A DNA stretch of 63,995 bases, the filler included, from Octopus bimaculoides (lineage: Eukaryota), in the NCBI RefSeq assembly GCF_001194135.2. It is 5 parts of 4 records of this genome, joined end to end, with 100 filler letters (N's around TTAATTAATTAA, not from the genome) between each part and the next. Parts side by side here need not be neighbours in the genome. Positions count along the whole stretch, not along the records: positions 1 to 17,511 come from NC_068987.1; positions 17,612 to 43,323 come from NC_068998.1; 3 more parts are not named here. One strand, given 5' to 3'. The notes under the pieces are model-generated. The model was given only the letters and a program-made list of their open reading frames with translations, did not search any database and was not told where the DNA came from. The translations under genes and the position numbers were made by a program. This document shows positions 13,496-26,558 of this stretch, piece after piece (within the stretch, counting starts at the first letter, position 1; each line of letters begins with the position of its first letter).

Positions 13496-14719
13496 TGTGT
13501 GTGTGTGTTTGCACATATAGACATACACACATAAACACATACATACATATATTCATACATACAAACATACATATAAACATACATGCATTCATACATACAT
13601 ACATGCACACATACAAATGTACAGACAAACTCATATTGTATGGCTTACGACACACTTAATTTTTTTTCCATTTTTCGCATCGATGTTGCCATAACATTAG
13701 AAATTCAATATATTCTGTAAAATATATCGACCACTCTCGAGAGAAATACCTCGTAATTATTGTCTTTAAAATGAATGGTATGAAGCAATTGTGTGGATGT
13801 TGCTTATAATACGCAGCAGGAACGGTAAATAGATAAAATATTCTTGAATTCTTTTATTGTTTCAGAAACTGGACTTTGCCAATACTGGGATACTCCATTG
13901 AAGATCTCAGTTATTCAAATCGGCCCCACTAATTTATTTTTAAGATTGGTACCTTTTCTATCCTGTTTTTTTTGCCGAACTGATAACTTACAGAGACATA
14001 AACAAACCAAGATCGATTGTCAAGCAGTATGAGAACAAGCATAAAGATACACACACACATATATGCATATATACATACACGCACACACACACACACACAT
14101 GTATGCATATATGTGCACACACACACATATATGCATATATATGCACGCACACACACACACATAAACATGGTTAAAATATACAAAATATATAGGAAAAACA
14201 GAGACAGGTGAAAGAATAACAAATAGAATATATTAGTTTGACGCTTTCAAATAAAATGAAAGGAGTTTTTTGACGTTTCGAGCCTATGCACTTCTATACA
14301 AAAATGAGGAGAAAATACAGATGAAGAAAGAAAATATGCAGCGGAAAAACAAAAACTTGTTTGAATTAACGGTTCTACATATTGAAACGACCGGAACAAA
14401 GGAAATTGCTGGAGGCTTGTGTAGCAAGGAAGGCAATAGTGACTTGGCTAACGTGTGTGGGTGCAAGCTTGTGCATGTCAGGATAATGTGTCTATATGTG
14501 TGTGTATGGACGATAGCGTGTGGATGTGTATTCATGGGAGCTCGCGTGTACATGCGCGTATGTGTGTATGCAGACAAGTACATGCCTGTGCGTGAATCGA
14601 TGTGTGTATATGTATGTGAGCGAGTGTATGTCTCTGTTTTCAGTTGCTGTGAATATATGGCTGTGTTGGATAAAGTGTGTGTGTGTGTATGAATTTAATA
14701 TGTGTGTGGACATTAAAAC

Positions 14720-14921
14720 TGCGAGCTGGCAGAATCGTTTGCACACCGGCGTCTCTGAAAGACATTTCGTCCGCATTCACGTTCTGAGTTTCAATTCCGA
14801 GGCCAATTTTGCCTTTCAACCTTCTGGAGTCGATTAAATAAGAACGAGATGAGCACTGTAGTCGATGTAATCGATATAACAGCTCCCCTGAAATGGTTGT
14901 CCGCGTGCGAAAATTTGAAAT
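14720..14921 (+). mobile_element. tRNA-derived SINE (gagctggcagaa family), near full length
   Basis: gcgagctggcagaatcgtt (A-box-like), ctgagtttcaattcc (B-box-like), tttgcctttca core, aaaatttgaaa tail. Confidence 0.85.
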
Positions 14922-15613
14922 CAGTATGTGTGTGCGTATATTCTACACAGTATGTGCGTATGTGTTTGTGTGTGTGTTTGAATGTGTGTTTGTGATTGTG
15001 TACTAGTATATGAGCATGATGGTGTGTGTTGTAAGGGGAATGAGTAAATGGCTTAGAGAAGATGTGTAAGGATAGAGGAAAAAGGGCAGCGGAACGTGCG
15101 AATCGTTTGGTGTGTGTGTGAATATATGTGTGAGTGGGTTTAGATAGAGAGAGATAGAGGCTATGGCAATAAGAGACTGCGGAAAGGAGACAGAAGAATC
15201 CTTGCTCATGATAAAGGGAGAAGTCTGGGTGGACCTTATGCAAGGACTGTCTAGACACAAACAAATGCTGCAGAGAATGACCATTGAAGATGAGGCAGCG
15301 TGAGACCGTGGACTTACATTTAATGTCTCAATGTTCGACACACAGGCTAGCTAGTTGCCGGCCAGTATGACCAATGTACAATGAGAGGCGGAGAGAGAGA
15401 GGGGGACAGAGAGAGGCAGTCTTCTCAACCCTTTCCAAATATCAAATGCAGTATTTGTCATATGGCATTAAAGTAGGAAAACACTTATGGAATATGCTAC
15501 GCTGTAGAACTGAACTCAAGACCACTGGTTGCGAAGTGAACCTCTTTACCACACAGCTACGCATTCATTTGTTTGAAAAATATGTATAACATGATTTCGT
15601 GTAAGCAAATACA

Positions 15614-15860
15614 TTGGGTTGGTGCATAATTATTGCGGGTTTTTTCAAAAAATTTTATTCTACAAAAATAATAACATGTAACAAAAACATCTTTAAATGA
15701 TTATTCCAGAGCATATTCACCATCTACTTTAATTACTGCTTCCCATTTGCTTGAGAGACGGTCAAACTGTCAATTAAAGATGTTTTTGTTAAATATTGCT
15801 ATTGTTTTTGTTGAATAAAATTTGTCGAAAAAAAGCTGCAGTAATTATGCACCAACCCAA
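15614..15860. mobile_element. Mariner-type MITE / deletion derivative
   Basis: TIRs ttgggttggtgcataatta... and ...taattatgcaccaacccaa (19 identical terminal bp), resembling the Hsmar1-type TIR. TA on the right, CA on the left. Internal minus-strand remnant FDRLSSKWEAVI resembles a mariner C-terminus. Confidence 0.9.
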
Positions 15861-16104
15861 TATTAGACATTGTCATTTATTTTGAATTTCTATGTATAAG
15901 ACTAAAAATTAAGAATTTTACATTCCACTTCTTTGAGATCTTCGCTAACGTTGATACATTAAGACAATACTCCCTACTTCCTCTGAACAAGCACACAGAA
16001 ACACACACACGCACATACGCATTCACACACATACACACATACGCACACACAGATGCACACACATACACACACACATACAGAAACACATGCACGCGCCCGC
16101 GCAA

Positions 16105-16152
<48 letters not shown>

Positions 16153-16632
16153 TTATAAATATTCGCAGAACAAATGAAAATATTGATGTTTTAAAACATC
16201 ACTTAAAATTTCAAATATCTACAGCTGTTTCAGTAAGTATCGTGAAACCTTACACCTATGTAATTCTCAATACGTTTTCTATATTTTAGCTCAAGGCTAG
16301 CAGCTTTGGAGAGAAGAGCATTAGTCGATTACATCGATCGTAGTATTTCGGTACTATGAAAGTCAAGCTTGACCCCAACAGAATTTGGTAAATGTTAATA
16401 ACAACTAGTTATACAACACAATTTTCAATAATCAATAATAGTCGTTATATAACATAATTATTAATAATTAACTATCTTTACTATTACCATATAATATGAA
16501 TAATAAAAAAACTTGCAATTACATGAGAACCATCACATTTACTTTAGCTATAATTTTTGCTGTTTAATGCTATTTTAAAAATTGAGCTCTAAATTTGTGG
16601 ATATTTCTTTCGAGCATAAACACGTTTTAACT

Positions 16633-16663
<31 letters not shown>

Positions 16664-16770
16664 AACACACACACATACAGTCACACACACACGTGCGCGC
16701 GTATGTATGTCTATATTTATATATATGCATGAAACTATGCATGTGTGTAAACATTAGTACATAATATATA

Positions 16771-16821
<51 letters not shown>

Positions 16822-17511
16822 ATACATATGCATACATATACATCTTTGTATATATATATGTATATGTATATATGTATATGTGCATATTTATATATATATA
16901 TATATACACACATGCAAACACGCATATACACATACACACACACATACACATACATATGCATGCGTATATATGTACATTCATACGCATATACATACATGTA
17001 TACATTTATATATATATATATATATATATCTACACACATACATACATGCATACATACATACATACATACATACATACATGTGCGTGTGAGGTAATGTACG
17101 TGTGTGTGTGTGTTTGTATGTATGTGCATGTGAGTGCGCGTGTGCGTTTCATAATAATCTTAATGATTCTCCAGAAATGGACATTATCCTTATGCGCCAT
17201 GTTATACATTTATTTGTCTATAGATTTATTATGTTGCACACAATCTGCTTCCATGTTGCAACCATTAGGCTTGTTTGCGTTGTTGCTCTTTTGTTGTTAA
17301 CGCTGTTATTATTGCTGTTCATTTTATTGTTTAAAAAACATTCACAGTTGTTGCTGGTCGTGTTGTTGCCGCTACTAATGCGGCCGCGGTCGTTCCGATA
17401 GTCTTCACATTTCACGTGTTTTTCTGCAAAAATATTGGTCTTGTTGTTTTTGTATTCGTCGTCGTTGCAGTTGCTGTTGTTGTTGTGCTTCTTGATACCG
17501 TTGTAGTATTC

Positions 17512-17611
17512 NNNNNNNNNNNNNNNNNNNNNNNNNNNNNNNNNNNNNNNNNNNNTTAATTAATTAANNNNNNNNNNNNNNNNNNNNNNNNNNNNNNNNN
17601 NNNNNNNNNNN
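17512..17611. other. Artificial scaffold spacer (44 N + TTAATTAATTAA + 44 N)
   Basis: Identical 100-bp architecture four times in the window. The 12-mer has stops in all six frames. Confidence 0.95.
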
Positions 17612-17689
17612 TATACTTCAAGAAAGAAAGTAAGAAAATAGATATTTGAGAACTGTATATAAATGTGTTTGTATACAAGAATATATGAA

Positions 17690-17859
17690 TTTATCTTTTA
17701 TTTGTTTCAGTCACTAGAATATGGCTATGCAGAGGCACCATCCTGAAGAATTTCTTGATACTTATTCTATCGATCTCTTTTGCCAGACTGCTAAGTTATG
17801 TGAACTCCAACACTCATTGCTAAGCAGCTGAGTGGGGGTGGGTTAAACACAGTCACAAA

Positions 17860-17901
<42 letters not shown>

Positions 17902-18060
17902 ACAGGCTTCTTTCGGTTTCCATCTACCAAATCGATCCACAAGGCTTTGGTCACCTTGAGTCTATAGTAGAAGACACTTGCCCGAGGTGCCATGCAGTGG
18001 GACTGGACCCAGAACCATGTTGCTAGGAAGCAAATGTCTCACCACAAAGCCACGCTTGCA
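17690..18060 (-). mobile_element. CORE-type SINE, CpG-decayed
   Basis: Collinear with 23678-24092, including the internal (CA)n. Confidence 0.9.
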
Positions 18061-18592
18061 CCTATGTGCACCAGTGCATATAATAATCTGTATGCATGTG
18101 GGCATGAGTGCACATGAATATACATATTTGCGAGCATTCATATAAGTGTAAAAAGTTGTGAGTGGAACATGTGTGAACATGTATGTACATGTATCAATAT
18201 ACATGTACGAGAATACATCAGAAACTATACCTAAGTTTGCGTGCCTTCAAATATGAAAGAGAAAGAAAAAGAGAGAGAGAGAGAAAATGTGTGTGTGTGT
18301 GTGTGTTCTGCTATATACTCTAGTCTATTCTCTAGGAAGAATCAGTAAGATAATCTCTGTTGCATAATGCTAAACAGCTGCTAAATTGATCAAGCTAATC
18401 CATGCCATCATGGAAAGGTGAACACTATATCAATGATGAAGTAGATTAAAGCTTCAAGGTTACAAGCTGATCTCCCAGCATTTTATTAATAAAACTACAT
18501 AGCCAATCTTCTCTCTCTCTCTCTCTCTCTTTCCCTCATGCCAAACAACAGCATTTATATAGATATGATTAACCATGGGTGGGTTTCATTAG

Positions 18593-18870
18593 GGAGGCGC
18601 AATGACCCAGTGGTTAGGGCAGCGGACTCGCGGTTTCGATTCCCAGACGGGGCGTTGTGAGTGTTTATTGAGCGAAAACACTTAAAGCTCCACGAGGCTC
18701 CAGCAGGGGATGGTGGTGAACCCTGCTGTACTCTTCCACCACAACTTTCTCTCACTCTTACTTCCTGTTTCTGTTGTGCTGTATTTCTAAGGGGCCAGCC
18801 TTGTCACACTGTGTCACGCTGAATATCCCTGAGAACTACGTTAAGGGTACACGTGTGTGTGGAGTGCTCG
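18593..18870 (+). mobile_element. Young tRNA-derived SINE (gggaggcgcaatg...), possibly related to the octopus OR-type SINEs
   Basis: tRNA-like head gacccagtggttagggcagcggactcgcggtttcgattccc with A/B boxes, CpGs intact. Body shared with 30345-30510. Family name is from memory and unverified. Confidence 0.8.
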
Positions 18871-19932
18871 ACCACAGGGTTAGTGGTTGGAGTGTTGACC
18901 TCACACAACTAAGGCCGTGAGTTCAATTTGTGGACTATGCAGTGTGCTGTAATCTTGAACAAGGCACTTCATTTCAGTTCATTTTTAGTCTATTCAGTTG
19001 AAAATGAATACCAGCTAAGCATTGGTACTACCCTTTCTTCCTTCAGCTGTATGTATGCACGTATGGATGTCTGGATGTCTGTCTATCTGTATGTATGTAT
19101 GCACGTATGGATGTCTGTCTATCTGTATGTATGTATGCATGTATGTATGTATGTATAGGATAGGTTGTTAAAAATTCCACTTCCCAACCATATGCTTTGC
19201 ATTTTCAGGTTGTTCACAGCATGGCACTTTGGGTATAACGTTCTGCCCAAGATCAAGTGTGGCAAGGCCTAAAAGGGTGTCTATGTCTGCTCACAAACTA
19301 CATAAGCACCTGAAACAATTAGTGCAAATATGGTACTTACTACTATGCTTTCGCTAATGGCTGTCACTTGCATGTGATGACTATGCTAAATAAAAACACT
19401 GATGGCCAGCATGAATCTATTTTCTGGCTCCTGTAGTAAACTCAGACAGCATGTCATAAAAGAACTTAGAAGACAATGAAGTTTATCAAAAGTAGGTGAA
19501 CAACTGTTGTTGGTCTCATAAATATGGATAATGTATCCAAGAAGCTTCTCGTATTGATGGAAAACAATACAATCAGTGCAAAAAGAAAATGTCTGTCCTT
19601 ATGCATGTGAATTAAATGCTGGATATTTTTAATTTCACAAATAAAATATGGGAAGAAATCTGCCAGCTATAGATAAAATTCTATTGAAATTCAGTTAAGC
19701 ATCTTCAAGATTGGGACAATTAAGATTGTGAAGTCTATTCAAGTAATTGCCTCAACACTCACCATAACAACCAACTTATCCTCCCCCTCTCCTCTCTCTT
19801 TAGTGTCTCCTCAGATGGTTTCTACTGCTAGGCAAGTAATGCTCATTCAGAGCTATTGTAAAAACAGATCAAACCTCATTTATCAGACAAATTCATTTGG
19901 CATGGCTAATCGATTCAATTGTATTATTTCTA

Positions 19933-19975
<43 letters not shown>

Positions 19976-20559
19976 GATTTTGTTCATTCCCAATATCCTT
20001 TCTTAAATTGAATGGCTAAATAAAAACTTGATGTCTGTAGAACTAATAGCTCCACTTGTTTGGAAAGCAGACAGATCAATAAAACAAGTGCTAAACAAAT
20101 CTCTTCTTACTGTTAACACTGTCTTAACATTTATTTTATACCTGGAAAATATCTTGCTTCCTTGCTGTGAGTTGACAAACAACACAGGACTGGCTGCTAG
20201 TACCATATCTCTGGTACTGCTGCTGCAATTGTTGTTGAACATTAAACTTACTTTACTTGCATTATATCTACATGAAAGGAGACAACAAAAGGATATAGAT
20301 TATTGAATGCTCAGGTGATGTTGGTAAATTAGACATACGCTAAGCTATTGTCAGCAGAAACCTACCTCAGGTGCTAAAGATAAGTAATATCAGGGGTCAG
20401 ATTTTCATCTTTTATGACTGATATAGAATTTTTAACATAATATAGTTTTAAGAAAAAAATTATTAGAAAAATTGTTGCAATAAAAATTTAAAGTATAATA
20501 AAGCCAAATAAATGACTCAAACTAAGATTATAACATTCATTATACCAGTGTTTATGTTA

Positions 20560-21085
20560 ACATGCCAGTGCCACAATAAAATCACCCAGCACACACTGTA
20601 AAGGGGTCAGAATTGAGAAGGGCATCCAACTATAGAAACCAAACCAACTGATGCAGCTCTCCTGCTCGCCAACTCTGTTTGAAACAGATGAGAAAGCGGT
20701 GTTGCTGGAAACAGAGAAGATACAAAAACTAATAGCAGCGTTCCCGGAATTAATTAACCATACGAATATATATGCCCAGTGTGATTGGGAGAGAGGATCT
20801 ACTCGAACATATAATGGACGAATGATAAAAAGATAAGAGACTGATTATAAGAACACTAAAATGGGACTGCGAGCTTTGTGGGGCTCGTAAGCCATTTCAT
20901 CGTTTTCGTTATGAATATTCCAATACATATTCACCATTCGTTACATGTACCCCACGTTTTGTGTTGTCTGTCCTTGTAATGTCCATTCTATGTTGGGGCT
21001 TTATGCCTAAATAAAGAGATTAGCTCTGGTCAAACCGTCCAACCCATGCCAGCTTGGAAAACAGATTTTAAGGGATGATGTTGAA
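20560..21085 (-). mobile_element. RTE-type 3' tail repeat split by a ~345-bp insertion (20677-21022), probably the 3' end of another non-LTR element
   Basis: Left half ...gggcatccaactatagaaac...gctcgccaactctg; right half gctctggtcaaaccgtccaacccatgcc. ctctg occurs at both junctions. The insert ends aataaagagatta. Confidence 0.6.
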
Positions 21086-21159
21086 ACTCACTTATATTTC
21101 ATTAGATATATTTGTTAAGTTAGCATTTATTTTTAACTGTTTCAATAAAATGAGAAAGT

Positions 21160-21355
21160 TATTGATTTCAAATTTTGGCATAAGGCCAATAATTTCAGGG
21201 GAGATGGCAAGTCAGTTAGATCGACCCCAGTGTTCAGCTGGTACTTAGTTTATCAACCCTGAAAGGATAAAAGCAAAGTTGACTTCAGCAGAATTTGAAC
21301 TCAGAACGTACAGCATTTTGCCCAGCATGGTAACATTTCTGCCAGCTCACCACCT
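21160..21355 (-). mobile_element. tRNA-derived SINE (gagctggcagaa family)
   Basis: Collinear with 62903-63107. Confidence 0.9.
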
Positions 21356-21464
21356 TACATTACAGTGATGTTAGAAAGTGCTATTTAACTTACATGAAAA
21401 TTATTTTAAATGAAAATTCATAAATATATATTATTTTTTAATTTCCATGATATTTTGATATGAT

Positions 21465-22029
21465 GGAAGATGATGAGCAATCTGGAAGACCAGACACAAG
21501 TGTCACGCCTGGAAATGTGGTATTGTGCATCGAGAATTTGTCGCTCGGGGTCAACCCAGCAATTGAGAGTTCTACTGCAACGTTTTGGAGTGTCTGAGGG
21601 AAAACATTCAGTGAAGGTGACTGGATCTATGGAACATGAAGAATTGGATTCTTAACGAAAACAATGCACCCTGTCACTGAGCTATCCTCACTTGAGAGTT
21701 TCTCACTGAAAACAGCATGGTATCACTTCCACACCCACCCTATTCACCAGATTTAGCACTTGCAGACTTCCATCTCTTCCCCAAGATGAGAATGCAGCTC
21801 AAAGGCCACTGTTTTAACATCATTGTCCAGATCCAGAGCAAATCGCAGAAGGTCCTCAAGTTGCTTATGGAAAACGACTTCCAAACAAGATTCTAAAGGT
21901 GGCAGGAATACTGGAACTGGTATATTGCTGATGTTAAAACTTAGGTAATGTTAATGATGTTAAAACTTAGATAAACAAGTTATTTTTTAGTAAACATGAC
22001 TAATCCTAGAACTTTTTAATATCACCTCA
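21465..22029 (+). mobile_element. Internally deleted mariner (DD34D) transposon with transposase pseudogene
   Basis: EDDEQSGRPDTSVTPGNV is fused to VHREFV...WILNENNAPCH*...HPPYSPDLALADFHLFPKMRMQLKG, with several stops. Ends in gaactttttaatatcacctca + TA. Confidence 0.93.
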
Positions 22030-22819
22030 TATTGAGGCTAGCTCTAAAATACTGCAGTAGCTGATAGAATTGTTAGCAAGTCAGGCAAAGTACTTAGCAG
22101 CATTTTGTACATTTTACATTCTGAGTTCAAATTCCACCAAGGTCAAACTTTACTTTTCATCCTGTGGTTCTCACATGTAGCTCTGAATCATAAGCTAAAA
22201 TTTGGACTCAGAACATAAGGACTGATGACATACTGGTAGGCATTTTACCAGCAATGCAAGTGATTCTGCAGCTCACTGCCCTAAGCAACCCTGTTATTGA
22301 TAACTATGTTATTAATATAGAAAATGCTAAGTCCTGTGTCTGTTTTTCCTTTTGGTTTCCCAATCTCAGTTATGCAGAAGGAAAAAGAATGGCTACACTG
22401 AAAGAGGTGTAAAAAGGGAAAAGAAAATATCATAGATAGATGCTAAATACTTAAATAGGTATGATGCTGAGGTAGGGAAGGGAAAATAGCAGTAGCCACC
22501 CAAGAATCAAGTGAACCGTGAAAGAGGGATAGGAAAATGTGAAAGGAAATAAAGAGAGGGAGGGAAGAGTGAGATAACATAAGAAAGGGGAGGTGTAAAG
22601 AAGAACGATTTTTATTATAGAGAGATACTGATGGAGAGGAAAAAAGACAATTGATTCAATAGATAGATGTATAAAGAAATAATGAAGCATGGCAGTGAGT
22701 CATTGAGGATAATAGATAATGAATGGTGATCAAAGGAGTAAATGGGATAACAAATGAAGCACGAAAAGAAAAAAAGATGAAGGCGTGAAGCAAAGACATT
22801 AAGAATTACTCAAAGGAGG

Positions 22820-23160
22820 CACATGGCACTTTGGGCGAGTGCCTTTTACTATAGCCACAGATCAACTAAGAGCTTTGAGTGAATTTGGTAGACGGAAACT
22901 GAGAGAATCCCATCTTATATACATATGGGTGGGTGTGTGTGTCTTTGTATCTGTGCTTATCCCCCACCACTGCTTGACAACTGGTGTTGGTGTGTTTACA
23001 TCCCCATAACTTAGCAGTTCAGCAAAAGAGACCAATAGAATAAGTATCAGGCTTTAAAACAAAATTAAGTTCTAGAGTCAATTTGTTCAACTAAAATTCT
23101 TCAAGATAGTGCCCCAGTATGGCCGCAGTCTAATGACTGAAATGAGTAAAAAATAAAAGA
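22820..23160 (+). mobile_element. CORE-type SINE, 5' truncated
   Basis: ggcactttgggcgagtg...gaatttggtagacggaaactg...tgactgaaatgagtaaaa. Confidence 0.85.
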
Positions 23161-23241
23161 TATATATACACAGTATGTTCAGGATAAACTTGACAGTTTG
23201 GAAAGAAAAGGAAAAGAAAACAATAAAAATAAAAGTAATTT

Positions 23242-23637
23242 TAAAAAATCAACAGTTTCCGCCACAACCTCAAGACAACTCCAGAACTTGTCACATGCAT
23301 TCCTCAGGGTGTCCCTGGAAAGGTTTACAAATACCTCCTTAATCTTGGCCACCAGCTCAGTGTTGATGTTGCATGCAGTGCAGTTAGTGTCTTTCTCAAC
23401 TGTACCCCATTAGAGTAATCCGTGGCATTACAATCAGGGGAATAAAGAGGCTAGAAATTGGGGCTGGAAGTCATAGAAATTCTCTAACTACTTCTGACCC
23501 TTTTCAGAGATATGGCAAGGATCCAAATCCTGCTACCACACACATGACTTTCCAGCAACAACCCTCTCCAGCCAGGGTTTGGCTAATCTCCAGCAGCTCC
23601 ACATAGCTGTCTGAATTAGGCCCTGTTCAAAGATGTT
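23242..23637 (-). mobile_element. Tc1/mariner-superfamily transposase pseudogene fragment, maT/DD37D-like
   Basis: With frameshifts reads IFEQGL-NSDSYVELLE-PWLERVVAGKSCVW*QD--PCHISEKGQK*LENFYDF-PNF*PLYSPDCNATDY-VEKDTN...ELVAKIKEVFVNLSRDTLRNAC. The QQDSAPCH and WPPNSPDCNP equivalents are typical of DD37D. Confidence 0.85.
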
Positions 23638-23677
23638 AATATATATTAACTAAGGACACGAAATTGATGAGTTAATA

Positions 23678-23892
23678 TACTCTTTTACTCTTTTACTTGT
23701 TTCAGTCATTTGACTGTAGCCATGCTGGAGCACCGCCTTTAGTCGAGCAAATCGACCCCGGGACTTATTCTCTGGAAGCCTAGTACTTATTCTATCGGTA
23801 TCTTTTGCTGAACCGCTAGGTTATGAGGATGTAAACACACCACCATCGGTTGTCAAGCGATGTTGGGGGGACAAACACAGACACACAAACAT

Positions 23893-23935
<43 letters not shown>

Positions 23936-24092
23936 TACGACAGGCTTCTTTCAGTTTCCGCCTACCAAATTCACTCACAAGGCTTTGGTTGGCCCGAGAC
24001 TATAGTAAAATACACTTGCCCAAGGTGCCACACAGTGGGAATGAACCCAGAACCATGTGGTTGGTAAGCAAGCTACTTACCACACAACCACA
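23678..24092 (-). mobile_element. CORE-type SINE, full length and young
   Basis: Tail (tactcttt)n, body, internal (CA/TA)n, CORE-like cttgcccaaggtgcc, and tRNA-like head. Confidence 0.92.
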
Positions 24093-25958
24093 GTGAAGTA
24101 GTCATTATTATTAACTACACCCAGGAAATGGATAAGCTCTCTATGGAGTCTCTTACTATCACAATAAAGTATACATTCCACATAATTATGTACTTAGTCC
24201 TCTTCCCACATCTAAACAGAGTATATTCCATATAATGGTTATATATATTTAACTTTCTCATTAATATATTTCTAACCAAAATGTACCCCTTACGTGTTTC
24301 AATTAAATTCTAAAATAATCATGAATTTAGATGGGTTTCATAAAACAACTATTTTTTGGAATAAAATTTAACAAAAGGTTCTTAACTGATTCTATTGCAT
24401 AATTTTTGTCTCAAAGCAAATCTAATTACACATAAATTGTTTAACGTTTGCTTAAGCTTCAGCATAGAAATTGAGTTATTAGCTAATATTCAATTCAGTA
24501 TAAAGCAACATTTTAATATAGAATTGTGCAAATTACTGGATTACCTAACAGATGAAGTTAATGCAAATAAGACAGGTGTACCATAAAGGTAGAACAATGA
24601 AAACTAGGAAATGAAATACATGCCATCAACTAAATGAAATAAACTCACATGCATACATAAATACTAAGAAACATATATAATATTGATTCACAAAACAAAT
24701 TAATCAAAATTACAGGTGAATAAAAAATAAGTTTGAAAAAAATGTATAAATCATATGTATGTGTATATATATATATATATNNNNNNNNNNNNNNNNNNNN
24801 NNNNNNNNNNNNNNNNNNNNNNNNNNNNNNNNNNNNNNNNNNNNNNNNNNNNNNNNNNNNNNNNNNNNNNNNNNNNNNNNNNNNNNNNNNNNNNNNNNNN
24901 NNNNNNNNNNNNNNNNNNNNNNNNNNNNNNNNNNNNNNNNNNNNNNNNNNNNNNNNNNNNNNNNNNNNNNNNNNNNNNNNNNNNNNNNNNNNNNNNNNNN
25001 NNNNNNNNNNNNNNNNNNNNNNNNNNNNNNNNNNNNNNNNNNNNNNNNNNNNNNNNNNNNNNNNNNNNNNNNNNNNNNNNNNNNNNNNNNNNNNNNNNNN
25101 NNNNNNNNNNNNNNNNNNNNNNNNNNNNNNNNNNNNNNNNNNNNNNNNNNNNNNNNNNNNNNNNNNNNNNNNNNNNNNNNNNNNNNNNNNNNNNNNNNNN
25201 NNNNNNNNNNNNNNNNNNNNNNNNNNNNNNNNNNNNNNNNNNNNNNNNNNNNNNNNNNNNNNNNNNNNNNNNNNNNNNNNNNNNNNNNNNNNNNNNNNNN
25301 NNNNNNNNNNNNNNNNNNNNNNNNNNNNNNNNNNNNNNNNNNNNNNNNNNNNNNNNNNNNNNNNNNNNNNNNNNNNNNNNNNNNNNNNNNNNNNNNNNNN
25401 NNNNNNNNNNNNNNNNNNNNNNNNNNNNNNNNNNNNNNNNNNNNNNNNNNNNNNNNNNNNNNNNNNNNNNNNNNNNNNNNNNNNNNNNNNNNNNNNNNNN
25501 NNNNNNNNNNNNNNNNNNNNNNNNNNNNNNNNNNNNNNNNNNNNNNNNNNNNNNNNNNNNNNNNNNNNNNNNNNNNNNNNNNNNNNNNNNNNNNNNNNNN
25601 NNNNNNNNNATATTTTCCTAGATTTTTCTGTCTTTCAAAAATCGGTCAAATTCAAACTTGCTGCCTGGCAACATGAGACTAGTATCCAGTTTTTGTCCAC
25701 AGTGAAACATTTCAGAAAATCAAAGTGGAGAAAAAAAAAAACTCTCCAAAAATTTGCAGCACTCAGATTTCATGTAAAATAATATCAGACAATGTAACTC
25801 AACTGTTTACAGAGTGAAATCATGTCTTTTCCTGCAAATACTAATGAGATTTGCATTGAAATTCTCCTTTTAATGTGAATAGATCTTTTGGGCATTAACC
25901 AAAAAATTCTCAGGTATCTATGTGTAGGTTGGTAACAAAAGGGATAACATACATATAT

Positions 25959-26277
25959 CATTTTAGCATTTAAACCATATCTGGCCCAACCAGATCCAGC
26001 CTCTCGCATTTAACCTATAATGCCATTCTAAAAAATAAAGAATCACATCATTCAAATCTTGAAGCTCCATGATAATGCATGATTAGTTCATAACAATACG
26101 AGTTGATAAGCATTACATTTAACATTTAACAGGCACAGGAGTGGTTGTGTGGTAAGTTGCTTGCTTACCAACCGCATGGTTTCGGGTTCATTCCCACTGT
26201 CTGGCACCTTGGGCAGACCAAAGCCATGTGAGTGGATTTGGTAGACGGAAACTGGAAGAAGCCTGTCGTATATATAT

Positions 26278-26309
<32 letters not shown>

Positions 26310-26534
26310 TTGTGTGTCTGTGTTTGTCCCCCCAACATCGCTTGACAACCGATAGTGGTGTGTTTACGTCCCCGTAACTTAGCGGTTCGGCAAAAGAGAC
26401 CGGTAGAATAAGTACTAGGCTTACAAAGAATAAGTCCTGGGGTCGATTAGCTCGACTAAAAGGCGGTGCTCCAGCATGGCCACAGTCAAATGACTGAAAC
26501 AAGTAAAAGAGAGAGTAATTTAAATGCTAAAGGG
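25959..26534. mobile_element. TTAA/piggyBac-type MITE interrupted by a CORE-type SINE (26131-26516, plus strand)
   Basis: The MITE sequence of 27244-27464 stops at aagcattacattt and resumes agagtaatttaaatgctaaaggg after the SINE. Confidence 0.85.
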
Positions 26535-26558
26535 ATACACATACAATAAAAATGGAAG

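Noticed and set aside
17218-17511. Asn-rich minus-strand open frame
   Set aside because: A decayed (AAC)n trinucleotide tract running into a scaffold spacer.
18593-18660. tRNA gene
   Set aside because: The tRNA-like head lacks a complete cloverleaf and continues into a SINE body shared with other copies.
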